A stretch of DNA of 64,000 nucleotides from Alphaproteobacteria bacterium. Its GTDB lineage: Bacteria > Pseudomonadota > Alphaproteobacteria > JAEUKQ01. The translations under genes were made by a program, and so were the position numbers. The notes under the pieces are model-generated. The model was not told the origin of the DNA, made no database searches, and saw only the letters and a list, made by a program, of their open reading frames with translations. The first letter of the stretch is position 1, and each line of letters starts with the position of its first letter. Shown in pieces: positions 10,072 through 21,363 of the stretch. The stretch lies in assembly GCA_016794225.1 (NCBI GenBank), contig JAEUKQ010000001.1:70391-134390 (forward strand). Direction: 5' to 3'.

Positions 10072-11168
10072 TAAAAACCCTTCATCCCACTAGCCCTGAT
10101 ATACTGCCCACCTGATATTGGCTTGACTACACCGGTTGTTCCAGGATAGCTAATGGGTAATCCCCTCCACGATCTACAGGCAAGATAGGCAAAGGCCTCG
10201 GCCTCAAGAAAGTCTGCCGACCATCCCAGTTGATCCACAGGCTGAATCACACCACCCAAATACTTGGTCAAACAACGCATCATATAGGGGTTATGTCTAC
10301 CCCCACCCGCTATTAACCACCGAGCAACCGGTTTTGGGAAAAATTTCTGCGACAGAGCGATGGTCTTTGCTGTTAATGCTGTTAAGGTCGCTGCCCCATC
10401 ACTAACGGATAAATCATCAAAACCATCTAATGAAAAACTAAGCCGATCCAAGGATTTTGGCGGCAATTTGCTAAGGTAGAGATTTTCCATAAAACTGTCG
10501 ATGTGTCGCTCTGAAACAGACCCATAGCTTGCCAACAACCCATCGCGATCAATTGGCTCTTGTACATGCCTTAGACACCAATCATTCAGCAGGCCATTAC
10601 CAGGCCCTGTGTCAAAAGCAAGTAACTCTTCTTCTGTTGTTCCAATCCAGGTTACATTGGCAATACCACCAATATTAACAATTGCTATGGGTTTTTGCAG
10701 CGTTCTTGATAAAGCCGCGTGGTAGATAGGCACCAATGGTGCGCCTTGGCCACCATTAGTGACATCGCATTGACGAAAATTGTAAACAACATCAATACCC
10801 GTTTCCCTGGCAAGTAAGGCTGCATCACCAATTTGCCAGGTAAATTTTTTTAATGGTTGATGCGCAATGGTTTGGCCATGAAAACCAATCAAACGAATTT
10901 GATCTGGACGTAAAGAATATTTCTGTAATACCTGAAAAACAGCTTGAATATGATATTTAGTTAATTTTTTCTCGATATCTAAAATTTCAGGACTTTCGAC
11001 TGTTTGTCCCAGTATTTGTCGTAATTCTTTTTGAAAACTGATTGGATAAGGGCACAAAATTCCCCCATGTCGTGTTACAATTCCTAGACCATCTGTCTTG
11101 ATAATTGCGGCATCAACACCATCACAGCTTGTACCACTCATCAAACCGATCACATAAATAGGTTCCAT
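10071..11168 (-). CDS. anmK: anhydro-N-acetylmuramic acid kinase
   Basis: 365 aa. N-terminal GLMSGTS..DG(V)D motif characteristic of AnmK. Confidence 0.85.
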   Translation of the reverse strand: MEPIYVIGLMSGTSCDGVDAAIIKTDGLGIVTRHGGILCPYPISFQKELRQILGQTVESPEILDIEKKLTKYHIQAVFQVLQKYSLRPDQIRLIGFHGQTIAHQPLKKFTWQIGDAALLARETGIDVVYNFRQCDVTNGGQGAPLVPIYHAALSRTLQKPIAIVNIGGIANVTWIGTTEEELLAFDTGPGNGLLNDWCLRHVQEPIDRDGLLASYGSVSERHIDSFMENLYLSKLPPKSLDRLSFSLDGFDDLSVSDGAATLTALTAKTIALSQKFFPKPVARWLIAGGGRHNPYMMRCLTKYLGGVIQPVDQLGWSADFLEAEAFAYLACRSWRGLPISYPGTTGVVKPISGGQYIRASGMKGF

Positions 11169-11276
11169 GATTTATACCCGGTATTGTTGCATTCTTGGTC
11201 GTAAAATCTTGCAATCATCTAACAACATGTTACAAGATAGGTTTGTAATATTTGTTGGTTCATCTTAGGTTATATT

Positions 11277-12530
11277 ATGCAGCAAGTGCAATCACCTTTT
11301 CTTCATTTCTTACAAGAGCGCGGATTTATACACCAATCAACCGATCTTAAAGGGCTTGATGACCAGCTCAAACAAGGCATGGTTACCGCCTATATGGGTT
11401 TTGATGCTACGGGCGATAGTTTACATGTTGGCCATTTATTGGGGATTATGGTTTTACGGCATTTGCAAAAATTTGGTCACCGACCTATTATTTTACTTGG
11501 GGGTGGGACAACCAAAATTGGTGATCCATCCGGCAAGGATGAAAGCCGCAAGTTGCTTTCTGAAGATGATATTCAGCAAAATGTTACCCGGATTCAAGGA
11601 ATCTTCGGCCGCTTTATCAATATTGGGCAAAAAGACAATCAGGCTATTATGCTGAACAATGCAGATTGGCTTAATAGTCTGAATTATATAGACTTTCTTC
11701 GGGATTTTGGGCGTCACTTTTCCATAAACCGCATGTTGTCTTTTGACTCGGTTCGTCTACGCCTAGAACGGGAACAACCTCTAAGCTTTTTAGAGTTCAA
11801 TTATATGATCCTGCAAGCCTATGATTTTTTACATTTGGCGCGTCATCATCATTGTATTCTTCAGTTGGGTGGTTCTGACCAGTGGGGAAATATCGTAAAC
11901 GGCATTGAACTGGCACGTCGGGTCGATAACCGGGAACTTTTCGGGTTATGCACACCCCTTCTCATGACATCAGCAGGAACAAAAATGGGGAAAACAGCTA
12001 ATGGTGCTGTTTGGTTAGACGCAGTTAAATTAAGCCCTTATGAATATTGGCAATATTGGCGTAACTGTAGCGATCAGGATGTTGGTCGTTTCTTAAAGCT
12101 ATTTACAGAAATCCCATTAAACGAAATTCGTCGTCTGGAAAAATTACATGGTGCCGAGCTTAATGAAGCTAAGATTGTTCTGGCCAATGCGGCAACAGCT
12201 TTGGCACATGGTAATCAAGAAGCCGAAAAATCGGCCGAGACCGCGCGAAAAACTTTTGAACAAGGCGATATTGGGGATACGTTGCCAACTTTAATTATCA
12301 ATCTGTCGCAATTAAAACAAGGCATTCACTTATATGATTTGTTACGTCAAAGCAATTTATCGACAAGCAATAGCGAAGCGCGACGGTTGATCAAAGGTGG
12401 GGGAGCACGTCTAAACGATAAACCCGTTCAAGATGAACTACATATTGTTACAATCGAAGATTTGCAAAAAGACAGTATTATCAAAATATCAGCTGGCCGC
12501 AAACGGCATGTTATTGTTCGGATTGCTTGA
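11277..12530 (+). CDS. tyrS: tyrosine--tRNA ligase
   Basis: 417 aa. HIGH motif (HVGH), KMGKT (KMSKS-type) motif and a C-terminal S4 domain. Confidence 0.9.
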   Translation: MQQVQSPFLHFLQERGFIHQSTDLKGLDDQLKQGMVTAYMGFDATGDSLHVGHLLGIMVLRHLQKFGHRPIILLGGGTTKIGDPSGKDESRKLLSEDDIQQNVTRIQGIFGRFINIGQKDNQAIMLNNADWLNSLNYIDFLRDFGRHFSINRMLSFDSVRLRLEREQPLSFLEFNYMILQAYDFLHLARHHHCILQLGGSDQWGNIVNGIELARRVDNRELFGLCTPLLMTSAGTKMGKTANGAVWLDAVKLSPYEYWQYWRNCSDQDVGRFLKLFTEIPLNEIRRLEKLHGAELNEAKIVLANAATALAHGNQEAEKSAETARKTFEQGDIGDTLPTLIINLSQLKQGIHLYDLLRQSNLSTSNSEARRLIKGGGARLNDKPVQDELHIVTIEDLQKDSIIKISAGRKRHVIVRIA

Positions 12531-12578
12531 TAAGCAAGACAATATTTCTTGCACCATTTTGCCAGATTTTTTAATAAT

Positions 12579-15500
12579 TTACTGTTCAGGAAACGAAAAA
12601 ATTTCACGCAGAAATCCCGGTGCAACAGCACTTAAAGCCGAGAATTGGAAAGTTGGTTTTTCAATCAAACCACTTACAAGATATTTGGCAGAAAAAATCC
12701 CTTTGCCTGGCCCCCCGGTTAAAATATGTCCCAATATTGGAATATTACTTAATAACCCGTTAACAGCGTAAAATGGCACAAAATCTCCTTCCAACCGTAA
12801 TTGTCCCTGATCAAAGTCCAACCACCCATCGGCAGTAAGGCCAATTGTAACACCGTTTGTTCGTAACTTGGATAAACTTAATTTTTGATCTTGCAGTACA
12901 AAATTGCCTAATAATTGATCCATAACAATTAATTTGTCAGCATTGGCAAAACCCAACAGTGCAGCACCTTCCTTATCACCAAAAGCCTGAAGTGGATTGA
13001 TCAAAAAACGATCAATCGATAATTTTCCTGCCAATTTTTGTACCGCCCCTACCCGCACACCCTCAGCACTAAGGCGCATATTACCACCCGCAAGCCCTTT
13101 CATGATGCCCAAAATTCTGGCAAGTTCGCCAGCGTTATCAGTGAAAATATCAAGCATATAATTTGCTGAACCCACTGATAACCCATAACGCAATGAAAAG
13201 CGCCCAACAGTACCAACCGCCGATTCGACTGATATTAAATGCCATCTATTTTCTTCCCAAACCAAATTAACGTAACTGTTGCCCAAACGTCGCCCAGACC
13301 CAATTAATAAATCTAGGGGCTGATTATTAAGTATGCGAATCAATCGTTTGCTTGGTGAAGTTTTTGTTTGATCACCTAGCGATTCAACAATATGGCGGAT
13401 TACTGGGACATCAACCTGCCCTCCCCCCAAGGCAATAACTATTTCTTTTTCAGACCACATAATTTCAGATAATTGTAGGTTTGTTTCCTGAATTTTAAAG
13501 GCGGTGAAAACAAGTTTTCCCTGGACAAAACTGTTGGTTATTTTCAGGTTACCCTTTGCGCGCATATTTAATAAGGGTGCAATTAACGATGCATCATCTA
13601 CTACAAGAAGTTGTGCGTCTTGCAACCTACCTTTTATCTGCAGCTCTGCCTGCACCCCGGCTTTTTTCAACGCCACTGAAAGCTTTGGATAAAACGCCAT
13701 ATTGGTTAAATTGCTGCGTAAAGCAAAACTAACTTGACCAGTAGCATCGCGTTTTAAGTTAACCTGTACCGGTACACTTCGACCATCAAGTGTATTTTCC
13801 GGTAATTGCAACCATTTTTTTAGAACTGTTGTGGATACGTCAAATTGTACAATAACATCATCATCAGCCTTGGCAACATCAAGCCTTCTTTTCCAGACAA
13901 AACTAGCTGGTATTTTATTAAAAATCATGTTGCCTGTTATCGTAAGCATATCTTTGGTGACTTCTAGAATAAGACCCTCTGCAGCAACCCGAAGTTCGTT
14001 CGTTGCAAGATTTTGAAATTGTAGTTCAGATAATTTGGCTTTCACGGAAAACTGTACGTCATCCCAAGTTAAATTACGCCTTAATGGAAAGGCCATTTCC
14101 AAATCGCCAGAAGATATACCCTCCTTTACATAGGATCCCGACTTTAATAACCCAGCATCACGTACAATTGGCTGAATCGTTGGCAATATTCTTGAAAGTG
14201 GTCCTTTAAACCCTGCACGAATAGAAACGGTTTGGGTGTTTTCTTGAAAACCCTTGATTTCCAAACTGCCCGAAGACACCTGTACACCATTACTTAACCC
14301 ATCAAAAAAATCGACCTTCATCGCCTGATGGCTAAATTCTACAGAAGCGCTCTTGGCTTGAAACAAAGGCATTGCTGCATGATATCCAACTAAGATATCC
14401 CGCCCTTCGGCAACTCCTTCAAGAAAAGTTACTTTACTTTTTGCAGGTTCAGGTAGGAAAATTTCTGCAGTCGTTTGCATTTTAGCATTCTGAATAACAG
14501 CTTGATGTAAATTTTTCTGAACCCATAATTTAACATTTGGAAGCATGCCTTCTGGCCACAATTCAAGAATTGAACCGAGGTATAATTTCTGAAAAACCAA
14601 ATTAGCAGCTACCCCTACCCGTCGCGATGGGTTAATTGCCTTACGTAACCCAACAAGATCTAGTGTACCATCTATTACACCATGGTTGGTTGCTAGTTGG
14701 AATGATGACAGAAGTAATTTGTTACCCTGTTCAGATATTTCGCCAATTACCAGGCCGTTCTGAACATTAACCTGCTGTAGAAGCCCCTCGAGTGGCAGAT
14801 TAATCATGCCTGCACCAATTTTAATTTGAAAGATTCCAGACTCAGCCCTTCCTTTGGCATTAAGCAATAGTTTAATGTCCCCGGTAACTTTAATGTCCGT
14901 TTGCTGAAAAAACATGATGCGTTCGTCAAAATTGCCTAGCAAATCCAAAGGAAAATTATCCATAGATCCACTGATTTGGATTTTTTGACTAGGTTGGTCA
15001 TAAAAAATAGCAAGATCAAACGTACTAGAGATATTTTTATAAATAAGTTCTAGCTTAACATTTGCTTGTAAGCCATTTGTTATACGCTCAATTGTGATGT
15101 CGGCCTTGGGGATATCAAGCCATAATCCGGTTCTCTCGTCAAAGATCGATACTTTAGAATCTAGAATCTTTAATTGTCTTAGAAAACTAATGGGATTTTG
15201 ATAGTTTCTATTCTTCAGCATATCTTCAATAAATTTATGAATGACTGCTAGGGCATTGTCCGAAGATTTTGTTTGGCTTGTATTGGGGTCAGTTGTCGAT
15301 TCAATTAGGTTATTGATATCGACACGCCCTTCTTTATTACGATACAAAGATAATTTTGGGTTGAAAAAGGTTATTTTCTCGGGTGCTAAAACACCATAAA
15401 AAAAACTTGTTGGTGCAATTTCTATTAAAAGATTAGGTATCAAAGCCATTCTTTGGCCATTTTTATGAAATATTTCTGTATCAAAAACTTGAAGTGATAA

Positions 15501-15725
15501 ATTACTGCTGCTTTCTAGGTTCCATCCTGCCTGCACCGTACCAGGTTGGACGCGTACATCCTGGTTTTGATAGCTAAGTAACTCGCGAACATATGGGTTA
15601 AGAAAGGCTGCGTTAATCCGCTCACCGGTTGAAAGACGCCAGGCTATAATTGCGGCTGCAACCAAAAGCAAACTTATTGCAAAGGCTAAAACCGAGCGAA
15701 TAATCTTTGCTACCTGAGTAAGCAA
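12579..15725 (-). CDS. AsmA-family large envelope protein (AsmA-like C-terminal domain)
   Basis: 1048 aa. N-terminal signal-anchor followed by a long beta-rich sequence, typical of the AsmA/TamB-like family. Confidence 0.65.
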   Translation of the reverse strand: MLTQVAKIIRSVLAFAISLLLVAAAIIAWRLSTGERINAAFLNPYVRELLSYQNQDVRVQPGTVQAGWNLESSSNLSLQVFDTEIFHKNGQRMALIPNLLIEIAPTSFFYGVLAPEKITFFNPKLSLYRNKEGRVDINNLIESTTDPNTSQTKSSDNALAVIHKFIEDMLKNRNYQNPISFLRQLKILDSKVSIFDERTGLWLDIPKADITIERITNGLQANVKLELIYKNISSTFDLAIFYDQPSQKIQISGSMDNFPLDLLGNFDERIMFFQQTDIKVTGDIKLLLNAKGRAESGIFQIKIGAGMINLPLEGLLQQVNVQNGLVIGEISEQGNKLLLSSFQLATNHGVIDGTLDLVGLRKAINPSRRVGVAANLVFQKLYLGSILELWPEGMLPNVKLWVQKNLHQAVIQNAKMQTTAEIFLPEPAKSKVTFLEGVAEGRDILVGYHAAMPLFQAKSASVEFSHQAMKVDFFDGLSNGVQVSSGSLEIKGFQENTQTVSIRAGFKGPLSRILPTIQPIVRDAGLLKSGSYVKEGISSGDLEMAFPLRRNLTWDDVQFSVKAKLSELQFQNLATNELRVAAEGLILEVTKDMLTITGNMIFNKIPASFVWKRRLDVAKADDDVIVQFDVSTTVLKKWLQLPENTLDGRSVPVQVNLKRDATGQVSFALRSNLTNMAFYPKLSVALKKAGVQAELQIKGRLQDAQLLVVDDASLIAPLLNMRAKGNLKITNSFVQGKLVFTAFKIQETNLQLSEIMWSEKEIVIALGGGQVDVPVIRHIVESLGDQTKTSPSKRLIRILNNQPLDLLIGSGRRLGNSYVNLVWEENRWHLISVESAVGTVGRFSLRYGLSVGSANYMLDIFTDNAGELARILGIMKGLAGGNMRLSAEGVRVGAVQKLAGKLSIDRFLINPLQAFGDKEGAALLGFANADKLIVMDQLLGNFVLQDQKLSLSKLRTNGVTIGLTADGWLDFDQGQLRLEGDFVPFYAVNGLLSNIPILGHILTGGPGKGIFSAKYLVSGLIEKPTFQFSALSAVAPGFLREIFSFPEQ

Positions 15726-15941
15726 TTCGTTATATTCCCTTCAGAAACCCTTGACAACCGGGTAAAAAACCAAAAATTTTACCGAATCTTGCAATAATTA
15801 CCATGACGCACAGTAGTCAGGGTATCCAGTCACTGATAAAGTGATTTACTCTAATATAATTTTTTATAATAGCAGAATTACTTAAAATTGCAAAGATGAT
15901 ACCTCTTGAAGTTTGATCTAAAAATCCTAGATTAGGGTTTA

Positions 15942-16427
15942 TTGTCAACAATGAAAGGCTTAGACATGTTATTGGAAGTTGGGATGAACGCCCCAGATTT
16001 TTCCCTGTTGAGTGATCTTAATGAACAGGTTGTTTTATCCAAACTACGCGGTAAAAAAGTTGTTCTTTATTTCTACCCAAAAGATGATACTCCAGGATGT
16101 ACACAGGAATCTTGCGATTTCCGTGATAGGATAGCCAATTTTCAGAATGCAAAAAGTTGGGTTTTTGGTGTTTCAAAAGATGATATTACAAGCCACAAAA
16201 AATTTAAAAATAAGTACAATCTGAACTTTCCACTACTAGCTGATACCGATGGAAAAGTATGCGAACAGTATGGTGTTATTGTAGAAAAATCAATGTATGG
16301 TAAAAAGTATATGGGTGTTGAGCGTACAACTTTTTTAATTGATGAAAAAGGCATAATTAAAAAAATCTGGAATAAGGTTAAGGTTCCTGGTCATGTTGAT
16401 GAAGTGATGGCAGCATTAAAAAGTTAG
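15942..16427 (+). CDS. bcp: thioredoxin-dependent thiol peroxidase (peroxiredoxin Bcp)
   Basis: 161 aa. PKDDTPGCT peroxidatic-Cys motif. The start may be the internal Met at about 15966. Confidence 0.8.
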   Translation: MSTMKGLDMLLEVGMNAPDFSLLSDLNEQVVLSKLRGKKVVLYFYPKDDTPGCTQESCDFRDRIANFQNAKSWVFGVSKDDITSHKKFKNKYNLNFPLLADTDGKVCEQYGVIVEKSMYGKKYMGVERTTFLIDEKGIIKKIWNKVKVPGHVDEVMAALKS

Positions 16428-16435
16428 ATGCTATG

Positions 16436-17200
16436 CTAACCAACCAAACTAATCGCCGATAATTGACACCCATAATCTTCCTCGGAACGTAGCCAAGAGC
16501 GACGATAGCTGAAAAAGCTGTGTTCTTCGGAACAAGTGTCGTTATCAACAATAGATATATTGGAAACACCGTTTGCTTGAAAACAGCTTTTTGCATATTC
16601 AGGCAAGTTAAACTGAAAATAACCGGTCTTTTTTGATTTTTTGAAGAACCTATCGGTATTAATTTCCTTAGAAGAAAAATTACCAGGAAACTCTGGGCCA
16701 ACTTCGTAACTTTTTTGTTGAATACAAGGTCCAATAACAGCGCGTATTTCGGAATTATCACAGCCTAGATTATTCATGGCATTGAGCGTTTTTTGGATTA
16801 TTCCCTGCGATGCCCCCCTCCAACCTGCATGAATTGCCGCAATAACCTTGTTTCTAATATCTACCATGAGAATGGGCATACAATCCGCCGTTAATATTCC
16901 TAAACAAAGACCGATTGTCTTAGTTACCATTGCATCTGCACGTATTAATGGTGTGTTTAGGTTTGTGCGATCAACAACTACAACATCAGCACTATGTATT
17001 TGTGCTAGGGTTATCAGTGAATCCCTAGACAATGATATATTCTCCATTGCACGCGCTCTGTTCTCTTGAACAGCACTGGGTTTATCTTTTGAAGAAAGAC
17101 GGCAGTTCAAGGAGGCGTAAGGTCCTTCGCTAATGCCACCTTGCCTTGTGAAAAAAGCATGCTTAATAAACGGAAGATTCAGGCTTTCTGAATGAATCAT
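16436..17200 (-). CDS. pgeF: peptidoglycan editing factor PgeF (YfiH/laccase-domain protein)
   Basis: 254 aa. DUF152 family motifs (HSADVVVV, TADCMP, HAGWRG). Confidence 0.75.
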   Translation of the reverse strand: MIHSESLNLPFIKHAFFTRQGGISEGPYASLNCRLSSKDKPSAVQENRARAMENISLSRDSLITLAQIHSADVVVVDRTNLNTPLIRADAMVTKTIGLCLGILTADCMPILMVDIRNKVIAAIHAGWRGASQGIIQKTLNAMNNLGCDNSEIRAVIGPCIQQKSYEVGPEFPGNFSSKEINTDRFFKKSKKTGYFQFNLPEYAKSCFQANGVSNISIVDNDTCSEEHSFFSYRRSWLRSEEDYGCQLSAISLVG

Positions 17201-18282
17201 GACTGTGGTACTCCACCTACAAATCCGGCTGGGGAAAAATCTGCCTCAGAACTGATAGCAATGGCCTGAAAATTTTTACCCATTTTCTGTGGTGATAACA
17301 ACCAATCTGCAGCCCTAAGCAACGTATCTCGTTGAGCAGCATTAGCAGTAGCAAGCAACATAGACATGCGTTGATTAAAACCCATATTAATGAGCCACTC
17401 TGGCTGCGAAACTGGCCCCCATGATACCAGTTGGTGAGATTTTGCCACCTGGTCAATCATACTAAAATCAACCAGGGCCGTCATATCACACAACCCTGGA
17501 AAAACTAGGGGATCAACAGATTTGTGCTGTTTTAGTGCATGTAAACTTGGCCCCACCATCCCCCAACGACCATAATCGATAATTAAAGCAGCTGATTGAT
17601 TTTTGCGCATCAAAGAACTTAATGCCACCATATAGCCATGGCCTGAAGGCGAATACTCAACTATTGTTTCGTTTGGGTATGACAAATTGCTTAAGATCAT
17701 TGTATGTAATCCAGCAGGCTGCAAAACCCAACATAAATTTCCGCTTTCATCAATTGAAATAGCCCTCTCGAACCACCCTGTAGCTGTTTTTTGATATTGA
17801 TGAATAGGAAATACATCAAAAAATTCATTTCCAACAACCAACAGAACCTGATCCTGAAAATCGGGTAATTGGTTATGCCAAAATACGGGAAGTTCTTTTA
17901 AGGTATTTTGCTGTAGAAGTTGTAATGACTGGTTTTTTTCAACAATGTGTATGCGCAAAGCCTGTTGAAAAGATGGTCTTAAATTGGAGACACGCCATAT
18001 ATGATATAATAATGTACCCCGACCTGGCCCAAGTTCAAGTAAATTTAATATCTTTGGTTCACCTAATTTCTGCCAAGAATCGATAAGCCAAAAAGCAATA
18101 ATTTCATTAAAAATTTGGCTCATTTCAGGCGCTGTTATAAAATCTTCGTCTCTACCCACGGCTAACTGGTGACGATAATAGCCATATTGCTCATCAAAAA
18201 GGCAAATTTGCATGAAGGTCGCCAATGTTATGGGGCCTTCCCTTCTAATATTGCTTTTGATTTTATGTGAAAGCTTATCCAT
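17197..18282 (-). CDS. class I SAM-dependent methyltransferase, MidA/NDUFAF7-like (DUF185)
   Basis: 361 aa. LELGPGRGTL motif. The pgeF / methyltransferase / lgt synteny is conserved in Alphaproteobacteria. Confidence 0.65.
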   Translation of the reverse strand: MDKLSHKIKSNIRREGPITLATFMQICLFDEQYGYYRHQLAVGRDEDFITAPEMSQIFNEIIAFWLIDSWQKLGEPKILNLLELGPGRGTLLYHIWRVSNLRPSFQQALRIHIVEKNQSLQLLQQNTLKELPVFWHNQLPDFQDQVLLVVGNEFFDVFPIHQYQKTATGWFERAISIDESGNLCWVLQPAGLHTMILSNLSYPNETIVEYSPSGHGYMVALSSLMRKNQSAALIIDYGRWGMVGPSLHALKQHKSVDPLVFPGLCDMTALVDFSMIDQVAKSHQLVSWGPVSQPEWLINMGFNQRMSMLLATANAAQRDTLLRAADWLLSPQKMGKNFQAIAISSEADFSPAGFVGGVPQS

Positions 18283-19084
18283 TTGCCTGGAGTGGTCGCT
18301 TCAAAGCTATTATTATCGTCGTTATGCCCACCAACATCATGGGGATACACAGCAATTGGCCCATGGTAAAAAAATCAATAATGTAACCAAGTTGGCTATC
18401 AGGTTCACGAAAAAACTCAACGAAGAATCGGGCAAGGCTATAACCCAAAATAAACACACCTGCAAGCAATCCTGGTCGTACACGCCATGATGGACGCCGT
18501 ACCAGAACTGCCAATACAACAAAAAGCACGACCCCCTCAAGAAACGCCTCATAGAGCTGGCTTGGGTGTCTAGGATTTCCATCAGATCCTGGGAAAATCA
18601 TAGCCCAAGGTACATTGGTTTCACGTCCATACAACTCACCATTTACAAAATTAGCTAACCGACCCAGAAAAATACCAATTGGTGCCGCACAAGCTAAAAT
18701 ATCAAAAAGTGGCAACATCGTGATATGATGTAACCGTGCATATATAATGACAACAGCAATAACCCCCAATAATCCGCCATGAAATGACATACCACCATGC
18801 CAAAGCTTTAAAATATCCCCTGGGTTTTCATAAAAATAATCAAAGTTATAAAAAAATACATATCCCAACCTACCACCAAGAATGATACCCATAGTTACCC
18901 AAAGAACAATATTTTCAAACTGTGGCGCCGTAACAAAACTGGGCTTTAAGCCTACTAAAGCCAGGCCATAGCGCCAACCTGCAATAATCCCAACAATATA
19001 TGCCAGTGAATACCAACGAATCACTAGCGGGCCTAATTCAAGCAGCACAGGGTCAATATTAGGGAAGGGTATAACATTGATCAT
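18275..19084 (-). CDS. lgt: prolipoprotein diacylglyceryl transferase
   Basis: 269 aa. Polytopic membrane protein carrying the Lgt signature region (GRLANFVNGELYG). Confidence 0.85.
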   Translation of the reverse strand: MINVIPFPNIDPVLLELGPLVIRWYSLAYIVGIIAGWRYGLALVGLKPSFVTAPQFENIVLWVTMGIILGGRLGYVFFYNFDYFYENPGDILKLWHGGMSFHGGLLGVIAVVIIYARLHHITMLPLFDILACAAPIGIFLGRLANFVNGELYGRETNVPWAMIFPGSDGNPRHPSQLYEAFLEGVVLFVVLAVLVRRPSWRVRPGLLAGVFILGYSLARFFVEFFREPDSQLGYIIDFFTMGQLLCIPMMLVGITTIIIALKRPLQANG

Positions 19085-19323
19085 TTCAACGGTTTACTTT
19101 TTTAATTTCAGATTGCTAGACTTGTTTTAAGGAACTAATTTTACATCAACTTTTTCTACCAAATACCCCTCAATAATTAATGGAATAAGGTAACGAGAGA
19201 AAAGGTTAACATTTTAATATATAAATGTCACAGATAAATTAATGACCTAGATTGATTATTTTAAAATAGCAATATAGATTATCCCTAACTTAAACTATTG
19301 ACATTATTTTGTGCTAGAGCATC

Positions 19324-21072
19324 GTGAGTTCTAAAAAAGTATCCAGAGTTTCTTTTGGTTTGTTTCGGAACATTATAAAAACCAGCTGGGGTTACAATAA
19401 GACTAATACATTAATTATTATTGTCCTAATTCTTATAGGAAGCATTGTAAGTGGCTTTGGCTTTGCTACCCTGATACCAGCACTTGAAATAGCCTCCTAT
19501 AATATGGGTAATAGCCAGCTGGTTCAAAAATCAGACCTCGGAAACTTTATCATTGACATCTTTAACACATTAAATATCCCACTGGAAATATCTTTTATTC
19601 TTGGGGTATTTTTACTTGCTATCGTTCTCAAAACAATGTTTATGAGCTCTTCAACAATTTATATTGGCCGAACTGTCGCAAATATGACAACACACCTGCG
19701 TTTAGAGCTTTCTACAAGCATCCAACAAGCAGCATGGGATCACTACAAGCGTGTTCCACTTGTGGTGATTGGTAGTACCTTTGGGAAAGATGCCGGGCGC
19801 GCTGGTAATGCCTATAAAGTTGCTACCCAATTTTGGAGTTTGGTCGTTCAAACCTCGGTTTACTTAGTATTAGCTATGCTCATATCCTGGCAATTGGCGT
19901 TTGTTTCGCTGGTAATTGGCATACTCATATCTTCAATACTGAGTTATTTTGTTAAAATGGTTAGAGACTTAACCCAACAACAGAACAAAATTGGTGATAA
20001 AATGACGAAAGAAATGTCAGATTTTTTAATAAATATAAAACCTATTAAAGCCATGGGGCGTCATTCTAACTTCGGCGATTTATTTGCCAAAATTATTTTA
20101 AAAATTAATAAAAACCTCAGAAAGGTTACAGTAATCCGTGAAGTTAGAAAAATACTTCAAGAGCCTATTTCTGCCATTTTTCTAGTCATTTTTTTCTACC
20201 TTTCGCTAGTCGTTTGGCAAATATCTTTAGCCGAAACAATTATTTTAGGTGTAGTTCTTCAGAATGTTATTTCCAATTTTGATAAATGCCAAGAATCCAT
20301 GCAACAATTTGCCGAGGTGGAGCCCTACTATTCTAGAACAATAAAAATGATTAACCAGCTGAACTCATCAAAAGAAACATGGGAAGGTATGGAAACACCC
20401 ATATTTCTTAAAGAAATCTTTTTTGATAATGTCTGCTTTTCTTATAATAATGGAAAACAAGTACTTAATAATATGGCACTAAAAATACCTACTGGTAGGA
20501 TTGTAACTCTTATTGGTTCTACTGGTGCAGGGAAGACAACATTAATAGATTTATTGTTGGGCTTTTATCACCCCCAACATGGTGCAATTGAGGTCGATGG
20601 AGTCCCATTGAAAAAAATTGATATTCTTTTGTGGCGGCAGAAAATAGGCTATGTACCCCAAGAAGTTATCTTGATTAATGATACTATTTTAAGAAATTTA
20701 ACTTTGTCTGACCCTAAGTTAGGCACCAAAGATGCCGAGGATGCTTTAATAATAGCCGGCCTTGACGAGTTTGTCCGTTCATTACCTGATGGTCTTAATA
20801 CAATTGTTGGGGAACGGGGCGGCTTATTATCCGGCGGACAACGTCAACGCATGGCTATTGCCCGAGCTTTGATTCATAAACCGCGCTTGTTAATTTTAGA
20901 CGAAGCAACCAGTGCACTCGATCCACAAACCGAGCTAGATATATACCAAAGAATTGCAGCACTATTACCTTCTGTTACGGTTATTGCTATTTCCCATCAA
21001 TCCCTTTGGAAAGAAAAGGCACACCAAGTCTATGAACTATCTGGTGGCAAGGCCACCAAAATAAAAGGTTAG
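19324..21072 (+). CDS. ABC transporter permease/ATP-binding protein (type I exporter, no peptidase domain)
   Basis: 582 aa. N-terminal 6-TM domain. Walker A GSTGAGKTT, signature LSGGQRQR, Walker B LILDEATSALD. GTG start. Markedly AT-rich. Confidence 0.8.
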   Translation: MSSKKVSRVSFGLFRNIIKTSWGYNKTNTLIIIVLILIGSIVSGFGFATLIPALEIASYNMGNSQLVQKSDLGNFIIDIFNTLNIPLEISFILGVFLLAIVLKTMFMSSSTIYIGRTVANMTTHLRLELSTSIQQAAWDHYKRVPLVVIGSTFGKDAGRAGNAYKVATQFWSLVVQTSVYLVLAMLISWQLAFVSLVIGILISSILSYFVKMVRDLTQQQNKIGDKMTKEMSDFLINIKPIKAMGRHSNFGDLFAKIILKINKNLRKVTVIREVRKILQEPISAIFLVIFFYLSLVVWQISLAETIILGVVLQNVISNFDKCQESMQQFAEVEPYYSRTIKMINQLNSSKETWEGMETPIFLKEIFFDNVCFSYNNGKQVLNNMALKIPTGRIVTLIGSTGAGKTTLIDLLLGFYHPQHGAIEVDGVPLKKIDILLWRQKIGYVPQEVILINDTILRNLTLSDPKLGTKDAEDALIIAGLDEFVRSLPDGLNTIVGERGGLLSGGQRQRMAIARALIHKPRLLILDEATSALDPQTELDIYQRIAALLPSVTVIAISHQSLWKEKAHQVYELSGGKATKIKG

Positions 21073-21093
21073 ATTAGATGGCTAAAAGCATCA

Positions 21094-21363
21094 CTACTCT
21101 GATGTTGATGAGCGCCAGCGCCATGGCTTATTCGATTTTTTACGTGCAATCCAGACAAGTCCGCCTAAAGCCAATAAAAATACAGCAATTGCCACCAATA
21201 TTTTGGTAATTGTTATTGAATCTTGGCTGACTATCCAAAAAATATCGGCAAAATATATGCCCAGGAACATTAATAAACACAACCAGCCCTGAATGCTTAC
21301 AGGATAAGCCCCATAGCCATATTCCTTCACCCTAAACCAATATTGCTGTTGGTTACTTTGCAT
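21094..21363 (-). CDS. small two-helix membrane protein, unknown function
   Basis: 89 aa. Two hydrophobic helices and a basic C-terminus. Located immediately downstream (convergent) of the ABC exporter. Confidence 0.4.
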   Translation of the reverse strand: MQSNQQQYWFRVKEYGYGAYPVSIQGWLCLLMFLGIYFADIFWIVSQDSITITKILVAIAVFLLALGGLVWIARKKSNKPWRWRSSTSE